Positions 9,304-20,400 of a stretch of DNA of 64,000 bases are shown piece after piece. Source of the DNA: an uncultured Gammaproteobacteria bacterium (GTDB lineage Bacteria > Patescibacteriota > Microgenomatia > Daviesbacterales > UBA10151); assembly GCA_964489875.1 (NCBI GenBank), contig CAZAZW010000002.1, forward strand, positions 385 to 64,384. The letters are read 5' to 3'. The notes below the pieces were generated by a model. It made no database searches and was not told where the DNA came from. It saw nothing but the letters and a program-made list of their open reading frames with translations. Made by a program: the position numbers and the translations under genes. Positions within the stretch are counted from its first letter, which is position 1. Every line of letters begins with the position of its first letter.

Positions 9304-9936
9304 TTAACGGGGTAAGGTTAAGACCATTCCGGGCTCGATTAGATCCGGATTTGATATATTATTAGCTTTGGCTATGCGATCAAAAGCCATTATATCGCCG
9401 TATGCCCTAGCAGATATTGTAGATAGCCAGTCGCCTTCGACTACGGTATAAGTATTACCTTCAATTTTAGGACCCCAGATGGTAGTATCGCCTCCACCCG
9501 TGCCTAATACTTCTTCTGCGGGTTCTGTTGAGGGGGAGGGTTCAGGTGAGGCTTGAGCTTGTAAATCGATTTTTGGAATCTCAATAACTTGTCCCGGTTC
9601 AATCAGGTCAGGACTTGTTAAATTATTTGCCTCTGCAATCTCTGAGTATTTGTAGCCATCATCATAATACTTTTCTGCAATCGTGAATAAGGTATCATCT
9701 TCTTTAACGGTATATTTACCGGGAAGGTTTTCTTTTGAGACATCCTGTTGCTCATCTTCTTTTTGAGTCTGTTGTGCAGGGCCGAGATCGGTTTTATTCC
9801 TGTTGAAATAATTAAAAACCAGGATTCCCACTACCAAAACAATTAGGGCACCCAAAACCAAACTAACCTTGGATTGGTTTGACTGGATATCACCCTCAAG
9901 CTTTTCAAAATAACTACCAGAAGTTTTTTTTGCCAT
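9304..9936 (-). CDS. LysM peptidoglycan-binding protein (2 LysM domains, N-terminal TM anchor)
   Basis: Two copies of the LysM pattern (YTVKEDDTLFTIAEKYY...NNLTSPDLIEPGQVIEIP and YTVVEGDWLSTISARAY...NNISNPDLIEPGMVLTLP). One TM helix and a PS-rich linker. Confidence 0.85.
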   Translation of the reverse strand: MAKKTSGSYFEKLEGDIQSNQSKVSLVLGALIVLVVGILVFNYFNRNKTDLGPAQQTQKEDEQQDVSKENLPGKYTVKEDDTLFTIAEKYYDDGYKYSEIAEANNLTSPDLIEPGQVIEIPKIDLQAQASPEPSPSTEPAEEVLGTGGGDTTIWGPKIEGNTYTVVEGDWLSTISARAYGDIMAFDRIAKANNISNPDLIEPGMVLTLPR

Positions 9937-10039
9937 TTTTTTGGAGCAGACTAGAGGACAGTTATTACTGGGTACTTTTTAATCCAAATCAGATCATTTG
10001 TCAAGAGGGCAAATTTTCTGTTACAATACGTGAGTATTT

Positions 10040-10112
10040 GGGGCCGTAGTGAACCGGTCATCACGTCTCCCTGTCACGGAGAAGATAGCGGGTTCGATTC
10101 CCGTCGGCCCCG
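10040..10112 (+). tRNA. tRNA-Asp (anticodon GUC)
   Basis: Acceptor GGGGCCG/CGGCCCC, D stem GTGA/TCAC, anticodon loop CTGTCAC, T-loop TTCGATT. CCA is not encoded. Confidence 0.9.
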
Positions 10113-10118
10113 CACCAA

Positions 10119-11858
10119 ATGGAAATTTCCAATCAACAATTGGCCAAAATCCTGCGCAACATTGCTGCTGCTTATACCTTAAAAAAGATCGGCAATATCT
10201 TTCAGATTCGTGCCTATGAGAATGCTGCAGACGCAGTCGAACACTCAACTGCTGATGTTTTTGACCTTTGGCAGGAAGGAAATTTATCCGAGGTTCCTAA
10301 TTTGGGGGAAAAAATCCAGGCATATTTAAATGAACTGTTTTCAACGGGAAAAGTTAAGCATTTTGAAGAAGTTAAAAAGGATATCCCTCCGGTTGTATTT
10401 GAGCTTTTAGATATTCCCGGGGTAGGTCCACAAACAGCCATGAAATTGGCAAAAATGGGCATTAAAGATTTAAATGATTTAAAGCGGGGAATTAAGGCAG
10501 GGACGCTGGTAGAAAAAGGCTTTTCAGCTAAGATTGCAAGAAAGATCATGGATGGCATTCTAGAGCTGTCAAGCAGACAAGGCAGAATGCTGCTGCCGTA
10601 TGCAGCTGTCCAGGCAGAGAAGATTTTAAATTATTTAAAGAAAAGCCCGCAAATACTTCAGGTTCACCCACTTGGATCACTTCGTAGAATGGTGGCAACG
10701 GTGGGAGATTTAGACTTCTCTGTTAGTTCAAATAGTTCTAAGGAGGTTGTGGAATACTTTTGTCAGATGCCGGGAGTAACTAGGGTGGTTGATCAGGGCG
10801 AAAACAAGGCCACAGTGATCCTGAGAGGTAGTTTCCAGGCGGATTTATTAGTGGGGGAGCCGGAAAGCTATGGAGCGCTGCTGCAGCATTTTACAGGCTC
10901 TAAGGCCCACAATATTAAACTTAGAACTTTGGCAAATAAAAAAGGGGTTTCTTTATCTGAATACGGAGCTAAGAAAATTAAGGGTAAACTGGTTAAAACA
11001 GAGACAGAAGAAGAACTCTATGAATTGCTTGGAATGCAGACTCCCCCGCCGGAGATTAGAGAAGATACGGGGGAAATTGAGGCTGCCCTGGAACACAAAC
11101 TGCCGGATTTGATTAAACTAAACGATATTCGAGGGGATTTACATACACACTCAAGTTACCCTATTTTGCATCCTTCCCATGGTCCGGGAGCTGACGATAT
11201 TGAGAGAATAATAGATAAGGCCAGGGTTTTAGGGTATGGGTTTATCGGAGTTTCGGACCACCCCCCCGGATTTAGTATAGTCAGTAAAGAAGAAATAATT
11301 AACTGGGTTCAAAAGAGGACAAAATTTATTCAAAACTTAAAATCGAAGACAAAAGGTATTCGAGTACTAAATGGACTCGAAGTAGATATTCTGGGTGACG
11401 GTTCATTGTCTGTGCCTGATGAGGCTTTAGTTACCCTTGATTATTGCATTGCAGGTATTCATTCAGGGCATAGGGGGACAAAGAAAGAAATTACGGCCAG
11501 GCTAATAAAGGCTTTGGAAAATCCCCATGTTGATATAGTTTCCCATCCTACAAATAGATTACTTAACGAACGGGAATCGTCGGATGCTGATTGGGAAGAA
11601 ATTTTTATAGTTGCCGCTAAAAATAACAAAGTTTTAGAGATTGATGCTTATCCGAATAGGTTAGATTTAAGGGATGATTTAGTTAGGGAAGCTTTAAAGT
11701 ATGGAATTAAGTTTGTTATCAATACAGACGCGCATGAGGTGTCTCAGATGGAAAATATGCGGTTTGGGGTGGCAGTAGCACGCAGGGGTTGGGTTTCAAA
11801 GAAAGATGTAGTTAATACATGGGACTGGACAGATTTTGTAAAATGGTTTAAGCTATAG
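10119..11858 (+). CDS. polX: family X DNA polymerase with C-terminal PHP domain (PolX)
   Basis: HhH motifs (LLDIPGVGPQTAMKL), Pol-beta nucleotidyltransferase motif GSLRRMVATVGDLDF, and PHP domain GDLHTHSSY...GVSDH...NTDAH. Confidence 0.85.
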   Translation: MEISNQQLAKILRNIAAAYTLKKIGNIFQIRAYENAADAVEHSTADVFDLWQEGNLSEVPNLGEKIQAYLNELFSTGKVKHFEEVKKDIPPVVFELLDIPGVGPQTAMKLAKMGIKDLNDLKRGIKAGTLVEKGFSAKIARKIMDGILELSSRQGRMLLPYAAVQAEKILNYLKKSPQILQVHPLGSLRRMVATVGDLDFSVSSNSSKEVVEYFCQMPGVTRVVDQGENKATVILRGSFQADLLVGEPESYGALLQHFTGSKAHNIKLRTLANKKGVSLSEYGAKKIKGKLVKTETEEELYELLGMQTPPPEIREDTGEIEAALEHKLPDLIKLNDIRGDLHTHSSYPILHPSHGPGADDIERIIDKARVLGYGFIGVSDHPPGFSIVSKEEIINWVQKRTKFIQNLKSKTKGIRVLNGLEVDILGDGSLSVPDEALVTLDYCIAGIHSGHRGTKKEITARLIKALENPHVDIVSHPTNRLLNERESSDADWEEIFIVAAKNNKVLEIDAYPNRLDLRDDLVREALKYGIKFVINTDAHEVSQMENMRFGVAVARRGWVSKKDVVNTWDWTDFVKWFKL

Positions 11859-11866
11859 ATAAAGAA

Positions 11867-12415
11867 ATGATAACTTATATCATTATCGGAGCAACAGTTA
11901 TAATAGTTTTGTGGTTGCTAACCACTTATAATGGTTTAGTTACGCTTCGAAATCGCGTTCGGGAAGCCTGGTCACAAATTGATGTTCAACTTAAAAGGCG
12001 TTCTTCTTTAATACCCAACCTCGTTGAAGCTGTTAAAGGTTATGTTAAGCATGAAAAAGGTGTATTGACAGAGGTTACCAAAGCTAGAACTGCTTTAATG
12101 GGCGCTAAAGATCCGCATGAAGCAGCTGATGCAAATAATATGCTTACAGGAGCTCTAAAAACCCTGTTTGCTGTAGCTGAGAATTATCCACAACTTAGGG
12201 CTTCAGAGAATTTTAAGCAACTTCAGGATGAACTGTCTGATACGGAAACAAAAGTAGCAGCCTCCAGGCAGTTTTATAACACTAATGTGTTGGATTTAAA
12301 TAACAGTTTAGAAACTATTCCTTCAGCCTGGGTAGGCCAGATGTTTAATTTTAAAAAGGAAGAATTCTTCAAAGCTACAGAAGAAGAAAAGAAAGACGTA
12401 GAAGTTAAATTTTAA
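11867..12415 (+). CDS. lemA: LemA family protein
   Basis: N-terminal TM helix, then YNGLVTLRNRVREAWSQIDVQLKRR and ENYPQLRASENF, characteristic LemA segments. Confidence 0.85.
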   Translation: MITYIIIGATVIIVLWLLTTYNGLVTLRNRVREAWSQIDVQLKRRSSLIPNLVEAVKGYVKHEKGVLTEVTKARTALMGAKDPHEAADANNMLTGALKTLFAVAENYPQLRASENFKQLQDELSDTETKVAASRQFYNTNVLDLNNSLETIPSAWVGQMFNFKKEEFFKATEEEKKDVEVKF

Positions 12416-12441
12416 CCTCGATTGTGCTAATATAAGCACAT

Positions 12442-13365
12442 ATGGCAACTGTTAATACTGCTTGGGATCATGTTTCACAAAACCTCTTTAAGACATGGGT
12501 CATCATGTTTTTCTTCTCCATTTTTACAGTAGGGGTGATTTATGTAATCGCCCGCGGTTTTGGCTATGGGGAAGTAGGAGGTTTAGGTTTAACCGGATTT
12601 GCTTTAATTATGGCCGGAATCATGAATTTTGTTTCCTATTTTTGGTCAGATAAAATTGTTTTAGGTATTTCCGGCGCCAAACCCATACAGAAACAAGATA
12701 ATCCTGAGCTCTACCGTTTAGTGGAGAATCTATGTATCGCAGCCGGTTTGCCTCTCCCGAAAATTTACATTATTGATGATACGGCTACCAATGCTTTTGC
12801 TACCGGAAGAAATCCTAAACATGCGGCAATAGCTTTTACAAAAGGTATCTTACAAAAACTGAATAAGCAGGAATTGGAAGGGGTGGCAGCCCATGAACTG
12901 TCTCATGTCGGCAATAGGGATACTTTGCTTATGAGTGTGGTATCGGTTCTAGTGGGTACCATTGCCCTGCTTTCTGACTTTTTCATGAGAAGCATGTGGT
13001 ATGGGGGACGAGATAGGGAAGGCAGAGGAAATACTATATTCTTAGTAATTGCAATTGTAGCGGCAATTCTCGCTCCGATTGTAGCTACTCTAATTCAACT
13101 TGCAGTATCCAGAAGAAGGGAGCTTTTGGCTGATGCTTCCGGAGTATTGTTAACCCGTTATCCTGAAGGGTTGGCAAGTGCTTTACTTAAGATATCGGCA
13201 GATAAGGAACCGTTGGAAGTTGCAAACAGGGGTACGGCACATTTGTACATAACAAATCCTCTAAAAGGCCAGGAAGCAAAGGCCTGGTTGGCTAACCTTT
13301 TTAATACCCACCCTCCAATAGAAGTTCGCGTTAAAGCTCTTCGTGAAATGGAAGGAAAAGTTTAA
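12442..13365 (+). CDS. htpX: M48 zinc metalloprotease HtpX
   Basis: HEXXH as AAHELSHV, four TM helices, and C-terminal THPPIEVRV typical of HtpX. Confidence 0.85.
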   Translation: MATVNTAWDHVSQNLFKTWVIMFFFSIFTVGVIYVIARGFGYGEVGGLGLTGFALIMAGIMNFVSYFWSDKIVLGISGAKPIQKQDNPELYRLVENLCIAAGLPLPKIYIIDDTATNAFATGRNPKHAAIAFTKGILQKLNKQELEGVAAHELSHVGNRDTLLMSVVSVLVGTIALLSDFFMRSMWYGGRDREGRGNTIFLVIAIVAAILAPIVATLIQLAVSRRRELLADASGVLLTRYPEGLASALLKISADKEPLEVANRGTAHLYITNPLKGQEAKAWLANLFNTHPPIEVRVKALREMEGKV

Positions 13366-13379
13366 CTCCAAAACCTTTC

Positions 13380-14324
13380 ATGTTAATTGATGAGGTAGAA
13401 ATTACATTAAAAGCAGGTCACGGAGGAGCAGGAAAAGTTTCTTTTAATCCCAGTAAAAAAGGCGGCCCAAACGGGGGAAATGGCGGCAAAGGCGGCGATA
13501 TTTATATCAATGTCACTTCTGATCTAAGGGCTTTGAATCAGTTTTCCAAAACAAAAATATTAGAGGCAGAAAATGGTCAAATGGGTGGTACCTTTCAAAA
13601 ATCAGGTAGAGTAGGAAAAGATTTAGAAATAACTGTGCCGCTTGGGACAGAAATTGCAGACCTACAAACAGGGGAAATATTTGAACTTAATGATTTGGAA
13701 AAACGCATTTTAATTTGCGAAGGCGGTTTAGGAGGTAGGGGAAATTTTGAATTAAGATCTTCCAGAAATACGACCCCTGAATATGCCCAAAGAGGTTTAC
13801 CGGGACAAGAAAGATGCCTTAAAGTAGAGTTAAAATTTATTGCTGATTTTGGACTGATTGGTTTGCCGAATGCCGGCAAAAGCAGTTTGTTGAATGAATT
13901 AACTGCGGCTAATGCTAAAATTGCTGATTACCCTTTTACTACACTGGAACCTAATTTAGGCGTATGGCATGGCAGGGTTATTGCAGATATTCCGGGTTTA
14001 ATTGAAGGGGCAGCAGAGGGTAAGGGTTTAGGAATAAAATTTTTAAAGCATATAGAAAAAGTCAAATTATTGCTGCACGCTGTCCCGGCAGATTCAGAAA
14101 ATATAATAACGGATTATTTAGTAGTCAGAAAAGAACTGGAAAAATATAATCCGGAACTTATTGAAAAGCCGGAAATCATCCTTTTAACTAAAACTGATTT
14201 AGTGGAAAAAGCGGAAATAAAACAGAAGATCAATCAGCTCAAAAAATTTAAGAAAAAAATAATCCCAGTTTCAATCCACGATTGGGACAGCTTAAAAGAA
14301 CTTGAGAAATTCCTAAAAGGATAA
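13380..14324 (+). CDS. obg: GTPase Obg (short form)
   Basis: Obg-fold Gly-rich N-terminus (GHGGAGKVSF, GGNGGKGGDIY), G1 GLPNAGKSSL and G3 DIPGLIEGA. Only 314 aa, so there is no C-terminal extension. Confidence 0.9.
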   Translation: MLIDEVEITLKAGHGGAGKVSFNPSKKGGPNGGNGGKGGDIYINVTSDLRALNQFSKTKILEAENGQMGGTFQKSGRVGKDLEITVPLGTEIADLQTGEIFELNDLEKRILICEGGLGGRGNFELRSSRNTTPEYAQRGLPGQERCLKVELKFIADFGLIGLPNAGKSSLLNELTAANAKIADYPFTTLEPNLGVWHGRVIADIPGLIEGAAEGKGLGIKFLKHIEKVKLLLHAVPADSENIITDYLVVRKELEKYNPELIEKPEIILLTKTDLVEKAEIKQKINQLKKFKKKIIPVSIHDWDSLKELEKFLKG

Positions 14325-14370
14325 ATTGCCCTCTATTAACAGAGTTACATTAATCAAGTATAATCGGATC

Positions 14371-14664
14371 ATGAAACTAACTTCAGATCAAGTTAAAAAG
14401 GTTGCCAAGTTGGCAAACTTACCTCTTAGTAATGAGGAAAAAGAAAAGTATGCAGACCAACTCTCCAATATTTTAGATTATATTGAGCAACTCAATAAGG
14501 TTGATACTTCAAATGTGGAGCCGACTTTTAATGTTACCGGGCAAGCTAATGTAATGAGGGAGGATACAACTGCTCCTTGCTTGTCTCAAGAAGAAGCATT
14601 ATCAAATGCTCCTAAAAAGAAAAATGGCATGTTTGAAACAAAAGGAGTATTTGAGGAGGAATAA
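14371..14664 (+). CDS. gatC: Asp/Glu-tRNA amidotransferase subunit C
   Basis: MKLTSDQVKKVAKLANLPLSNEE...QLSNILDYIEQL is the GatC pattern. An internal ATG is preferred over the listed 14326. Directly upstream of gatA. Confidence 0.8.
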   Translation: MKLTSDQVKKVAKLANLPLSNEEKEKYADQLSNILDYIEQLNKVDTSNVEPTFNVTGQANVMREDTTAPCLSQEEALSNAPKKKNGMFETKGVFEEE

Positions 14665-14666
14665 CT

Positions 14667-16013
14667 ATGGACATAACGAGTTTAACATTAACACAAACCT
14701 TAGAAGCTTTAAAAAGGAAAGATTTTTCGGAAGAAGAATTAAATGAGGCTTATTTAATGAGAATAGCAATAATTAACCCGAAAATAAATTCTTTTTTGCA
14801 AATTAAAAAAAATTCTCGCGGTATTCCTGCGGCAATTAAAGATGCCATTTTAACCAAAGGAATAAAAACAACAGCCGGATCAAAAATATTGAGTAATTTT
14901 CTCCCTCAATATAATGCTACTGTTATAGAAAAATTATTAGTACAAGGGGTAAGTATAAATGGAAAAACAAATTGTGATGAATTTACTATGGGTTCATCCG
15001 GAGAAAATTCGGCATTTGGTCCCACCAGAAATCCTTGGGATTTAAATAAAGTTCCGGGTGGTTCTTCCAGCGGCTCGGCTGCAGCTGTGATAGCTGATCT
15101 CTGCAGCTTTGCCTTGGGGACTGATACCGGTGGATCAATTAGACAGCCGGCTTCCCTTTGCGGAATAGTTGGTTTAAAACCCAGCTATGGTCGGGTTTCC
15201 AGATATGGCACTATTGCCATGGCTTCCTCTTTTGACCAAATTGGGCCAATGACGAAGTCAGTTGCCGATGCCAGATTAGTATTAGACTGGATTGCCGGAG
15301 CTGACGGGATGGATGCAAATTGCATCAGTGAAAACTTCGAAGTTCAAAGTTCAAAGTTTAGTGATTTAAAGGGCATTAAGGTGGGAATACCAGAAGAGTA
15401 TTTTGGAGAGGGGCTAAGTTCAGGAGTGGAGGAAGTAGTTAAAGAGGCAATAAAGAAGCTGGAAGAGCTGGGAGCGGAAATTGTAGAGGTCAGTTTGCCA
15501 AATAGTGAATATGCTGTAGCAGCCTACTATATTTTAGTTCCTTCCGAAATTTCTTCCAATATGGCCAGATATGACGGGATAAGGTATGGTTTGGGAAGAG
15601 AAAATCTGGGTCAGGAAGTCAAAAGAAGGATTATGTTGGGGACTTTTGCTCTTTCTTCCGGTTACTATGACGATTACTATGCTAAAGCTGCCAAAATCAG
15701 AACTTTAGTTAAGCAGGATTTTGAAAAAGCCTTTGAGGAAGTTGATGTTATAGTTGGTCCGGTCTCCCCCACCACAGCCTGGAATTTGGGAGAAAAAGTA
15801 GATGATCCGTTGAGGATGTATTTATCTGATATTTACACAATTTCTGCAAACTTAGCCGGGATTCCGGGATTGTCTATGCCTTGCGGGTTTTCAAATGGTC
15901 TTCCGGTTGGTTTACAGATTTTAGGAAAATACATGGATGAAGAAACAGTACTAAATGTTGGAGAAGTTTATGAGCAGGCAACAGATTGGAGAAAGGAAAA
16001 ACCGAAAATATGA
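14667..16013 (+). CDS. gatA: Asp/Glu-tRNA amidotransferase subunit A
   Basis: Amidase signature GGSSSGSAAAV...GTDTGGSIRQPAS; gatC-gatA-gatB order. Confidence 0.9.
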   Translation: MDITSLTLTQTLEALKRKDFSEEELNEAYLMRIAIINPKINSFLQIKKNSRGIPAAIKDAILTKGIKTTAGSKILSNFLPQYNATVIEKLLVQGVSINGKTNCDEFTMGSSGENSAFGPTRNPWDLNKVPGGSSSGSAAAVIADLCSFALGTDTGGSIRQPASLCGIVGLKPSYGRVSRYGTIAMASSFDQIGPMTKSVADARLVLDWIAGADGMDANCISENFEVQSSKFSDLKGIKVGIPEEYFGEGLSSGVEEVVKEAIKKLEELGAEIVEVSLPNSEYAVAAYYILVPSEISSNMARYDGIRYGLGRENLGQEVKRRIMLGTFALSSGYYDDYYAKAAKIRTLVKQDFEKAFEEVDVIVGPVSPTTAWNLGEKVDDPLRMYLSDIYTISANLAGIPGLSMPCGFSNGLPVGLQILGKYMDEETVLNVGEVYEQATDWRKEKPKI

Positions 16014-17347
16014 ATAGTTATGAGCCGGTAATAGGACTCGAAGTCCATGTTGAATTAAATACTAAAAGCAAAATGTTTTGTCAGTGCTCTGCTGATTATT
16101 TTGGCAAAGAGCCAAATACGCATACTTGTCCGGTTTGTTTAGGTTTACCCGGAGCTTTACCTTATATTAATAAAGCGGCAATTGAAGACTGTATAAAAAT
16201 TGGTTTGGCCTTAAACTGTACGCTCACTGAGCGATCTTTATTTGAAAGAAAAAATTATTTTTATCCTGATTTGGCTAAAGGCTACCAGATCTCCCAATAT
16301 CGTTGGCCTCTTTGTGTGAATGGCTGGATAGAGGTAGATGACGGTAATGTAAACAAGAGAAAAATAAGAATAAACAGGGCCCATCAGGAGGAGGACACAG
16401 GGAAGTTAACTCATTCTGGCGGCGCGACATTAATTGATTTTAATAGAAGTGGTGTACCTTTAGTAGAAATTGTAACTGAGCCGGATTTTAAAAACACTGC
16501 CGAGGTCAGGGATTATGCAAAAAAACTGCAACAACTTTTCAGGTATTTAGGGGTTTCCAATGCCGATATGGAGCGGGGGGATATGAGGCTGGAGGCAAAT
16601 ATTTCTGTCCGTCCTGTTGGGCAGAAAGAATTGCCAGATTATCGAGTAGAACTTAAAAATATTAACAGTTTCAGGTTTATGGTGGCAGCCATAGAGTATG
16701 AAATTAAAAGACAGATAGAAGCATTAGAAAAAGGAGAAAAGCTTTCTCAAGAAACCAGGGGTTGGAATGAGGACAAAAAGTCTACATATCTCCAAAGAAG
16801 CAAAGAAGAAGCCCATGATTACCGCTATTTTCCCGAACCGGATCTGCCCGAGCTGAAAGTGGACAGGTTACAGGTTACAGTGGACAGTATAAAAGAAAAG
16901 ATGCCGGAGTTGCCATGGGATAAAGCTAAAAGGTTTGCGGAAGAGTTGAATATTAAAGTAGAGGATGCTGTTAGAGTTGCTGACTCAGTAGAGATGTCGA
17001 TATTCTTTGAGGAAGCAGTGGACCATGGCAAGACACAAGGCATTTCCGCAGAAGATGTCGCAAATTACATCATCAACAAAAAGCCTGATATAAATAAAGT
17101 TTTACCAACTCAAGTGGTGGAAGAAATAAAGAGCAAAAGTGTTGGGGTGATTGGAGATATTGGGGAACTGGAGAAATTGGCTGAAGAAGCAATCGAAGAA
17201 AATCCGCAGATGGTAGAACTCTACAAAAAGGGTAAAGTAACAGTAATTCAAGCTCTTATTGGTTCCATAATGAGAAAAACCGGTGGGAAAGTTGACGCAA
17301 CTCAAATTAAGCAGGTTCTAGAAGATAAGCTGAAAGTTGCCACTTGA
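16010..17347 (+). CDS. gatB: Asp/Glu-tRNA amidotransferase subunit B
   Basis: YEPVIGLEVHVELNTKSKMFC...CPVCLGLPGALP. ATG 16010 forms an ATGA overlap with the gatA stop. Confidence 0.9.
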   Translation: MNSYEPVIGLEVHVELNTKSKMFCQCSADYFGKEPNTHTCPVCLGLPGALPYINKAAIEDCIKIGLALNCTLTERSLFERKNYFYPDLAKGYQISQYRWPLCVNGWIEVDDGNVNKRKIRINRAHQEEDTGKLTHSGGATLIDFNRSGVPLVEIVTEPDFKNTAEVRDYAKKLQQLFRYLGVSNADMERGDMRLEANISVRPVGQKELPDYRVELKNINSFRFMVAAIEYEIKRQIEALEKGEKLSQETRGWNEDKKSTYLQRSKEEAHDYRYFPEPDLPELKVDRLQVTVDSIKEKMPELPWDKAKRFAEELNIKVEDAVRVADSVEMSIFFEEAVDHGKTQGISAEDVANYIINKKPDINKVLPTQVVEEIKSKSVGVIGDIGELEKLAEEAIEENPQMVELYKKGKVTVIQALIGSIMRKTGGKVDATQIKQVLEDKLKVAT

Positions 17348-17433
17348 ACTAGTATTCAATCAAGGTAGTAGAATATCAAAGCGATCAATGATTACGCGGT
17401 AAGGTTCGCCCTCCGCAAGACGTTGATATTACA

Positions 17434-20400
17434 ATGGCTAAATTCGTTCATCTTCACGGTCATACTCAATATTCTCTTTTAGATGGGTTATCCAAAATAA
17501 ATCAATTAGTTAAAGATGCGAAAACTCTTGGCATGGAATCTTTAGCAATTACTGACCATGGAGTGATGTATGGGGTAATAGAATTTTATAAAGCTTGTAT
17601 AGACGCAGGAGTAAAACCAATAGTAGGGGTTGAGATGTATGTAGCGAAAAGGTCTTTTAAGGATAAAGAGGGAAAATTAGACAGTGAACCGTTTCATTTA
17701 ACAGTTTTAGCCAAAAATTACCAAGGCTATCTTAACTTGATGAAGCTGGTGACTCTGGCCCACACTCATGGTTATTATTACCGCCCCCGGGTGGATAAGG
17801 TTTTGCTTAAGGAATATCACGAAGGCTTGATTGCCCTGTCCGGTTGTCCTTCCGGTGAATTTATCCGGGTTCTAATGAAGAATGAGAAGAAGGCAGAAGA
17901 GGTTTTAAAAACTTATCAGGACATTTTTGGTGAAGAAAATTTTTATCTGGAAGTTCAAAAGCATCCCTATCAGGAATGTATGGATTTGGCCTCAGATGAG
18001 TTAGTCAAAAAAGATTTAAGGGAGCTTTTGGATATCCAGAACCTAACTATAAAAAGCGCTAAAGATTTTTCAACAAAATTAGGCATACCAACGGTAGCCA
18101 CCAATGATTACCACTATGTAAAAAAAGAAGATGCCGAAGCCCAAGACGCCCTGCTTTGTGTACAAACTGGGAAATTCTTATCAGAAGTCCAAAGACTTAG
18201 GATGATTGATACCCCGGATTATTTCTTAAAGTCTCCGGAGCAGATGTTAGAAAGTTTTAAAGATCTCACGGAAGCTTTAGAAAGTACTGTCAAAATTGCT
18301 GAAAAAGTGGATTTGGAAATTCCTCTTGGTGTGGCCCGTTTCCCGGTCTTTGAAACACCAGGTAAAGAGTCTTCAATGGAATACTTAAGGGAGTTAACTT
18401 ACCAAAAGGCAGCCGAAAAAATAAAGCTGACGGACAAAGTTGAAGAGCGCCTGGAGTATGAGCTGGGGGTAATAGAAGAGAAAAAATATGCTGATTATTT
18501 TTTGGTGGTGGCGGATTTTATGGAATGGGCGCATCAGCGGGGAATTATTACCAATACCCGGGGTTCGGCAGCAGCCTCAATGGTACTGTACTGTCTGGGA
18601 GTCACTAATTTAAACCCCTTGGACTACCTTCTACCTTTCGAGCGGTTTTTAACAATATACAGGCCAACCCTGCCGGATATAGATGCTGATATTGCTGATG
18701 ACAGGCGTGATGAGGTGATTGAATATGTCACCAAAAAGTATGGGGAAGGGAGAGTAGCTCAAATAGTCACTTTTGGAACCATGATGGGCCGGGCGGCAAT
18801 TAGGGATGTAGGGAGAGTTTTAGGATTATCTTACGGAGATGTTGATAGAATTGCCAAACTAGTTCCTCCTCCACACCAGGGTTTCCATAAGCCATTGGGG
18901 GAGACGATAAAGGAAGTACAGGAACTCTCTGATTTGTATAAAAGCAATCCGCAAATTAAAAAACTGTTAGATTTGGCTGTTAAAATTGAAGGGACTGTCC
19001 GACATGCTTCTGTTCATGCGGCAGGGGTGGTGATTGCTCCGGAAGAAATCACTAATTTTACCCCTCTTCAAAAAGAATCTAAAGGAGATAAGTTAGTTTC
19101 CCAATATGACATGTTTTCCTTGGTTGATGAATATGGCGGAATTGGATTGGTAAAAATGGATCTTTTGGGAATCAGAAATTTGTCTATTTTGGGTAAGGCA
19201 GTAGAGTTTGTTAAAGAGAATAGAGGTATTAGCGTTGATCTAAATAAAATTCCGCTTGATGATAAAAAAGCATTTGAACCTTTGGCAAAGGGAGAAACCA
19301 TGGGGATATTTCAGTTGGAGGGTTCAGGGATGACAAGGTATGTAACGGAGTTAAAACCCAACAGTATTTTTGATATTCAAGCTATGGTAGCGCTTTACCG
19401 CCCGGGTCCTATGAGTGTGATCCCGGAATATATTGCCCGAAAACACGACCCCAGAAAAATTAAGTTTTTTGATCCGCGAATGAAAGAATATATGGAACAA
19501 TCTCTCGGTCTCTTGGTCTATCAGGATGATGTGCTTTTGACGGCTATAAATATTGCCGGGTATTCCTGGGAAGAAGCAGATAAATTCCGTAAAGCCATGG
19601 GTAAGAAGATTCCGACAGAAATGGCTAAACAGAAAGGGAAATTTATTGAAGGATGTATTACTAACGGGATGAGGCGAGCCAAGGCAGAGGAGCTCTTTTC
19701 CATAATTGCGCCTTTTGCAGCCTATGGTTTTAATAAGGCACATGCTGCCAGTTATGCCATTGTTGCTTACCAGACAGCATACATGAAAGCCAATTTCCCG
19801 GTAGAGTTTATGGCTGCCGTGATGACGGCTGAATCTGGAGATAGCGAAAAAATTGCGGCTGCGATTGAAGAATGTAAAAGGTTGGGGATAGTGGTTTTGC
19901 CGCCGGATGTTAATAAATCGGGAGTTGGATTTTCGCTGGAGAAGCTTAAAAGTCTGACCCAGGCAGATTTGGAGCGGAGCCTGTCTGTGGGTGAGAGTGA
20001 AGTTAAGCAAGGTATCAGATTTGGGTTATCTGCCATTAAAAATGTAGGAATTTCTGCGATTGAGTCGATAATTTCGGCTAGGGATAAGGGCGACTTTACC
20101 TCACTTATGGATCTTTGTTCTCGGGTTGACAACAGGTTGGTTAACAGAAAAACTTTGGAAAGTTTAATAAAAGCCGGAGCATTGGATCATCTGGGTAGTC
20201 GTGCCGCCCAACTTTTAATTCTGGATCAATGTCTTGAGGAATCTCATAAACAGAATAAGAATAAGTTATCAGGTCAGGTTTCCTTATTTGACACGGATGA
20301 AGAGAAAGGGGATTTAGGTTTAAAATTACCGGATGTTTCAGAATTACCTTTGGAGCAGCTCTTGATCTTTGAGAAAGAACTGTTAGGTTTTTATTTGCAT

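Noticed and set aside
16010-16013. Possibility of an alternative genetic code (UGA as Gly or Trp, as in some candidate-phyla lineages).
   Set aside because: Conserved proteins are full length under the standard code. TGA also functions as a stop at tight junctions, such as the gatA stop in the ATGA overlap with gatB and the TGA stops at 27655 and 27900.
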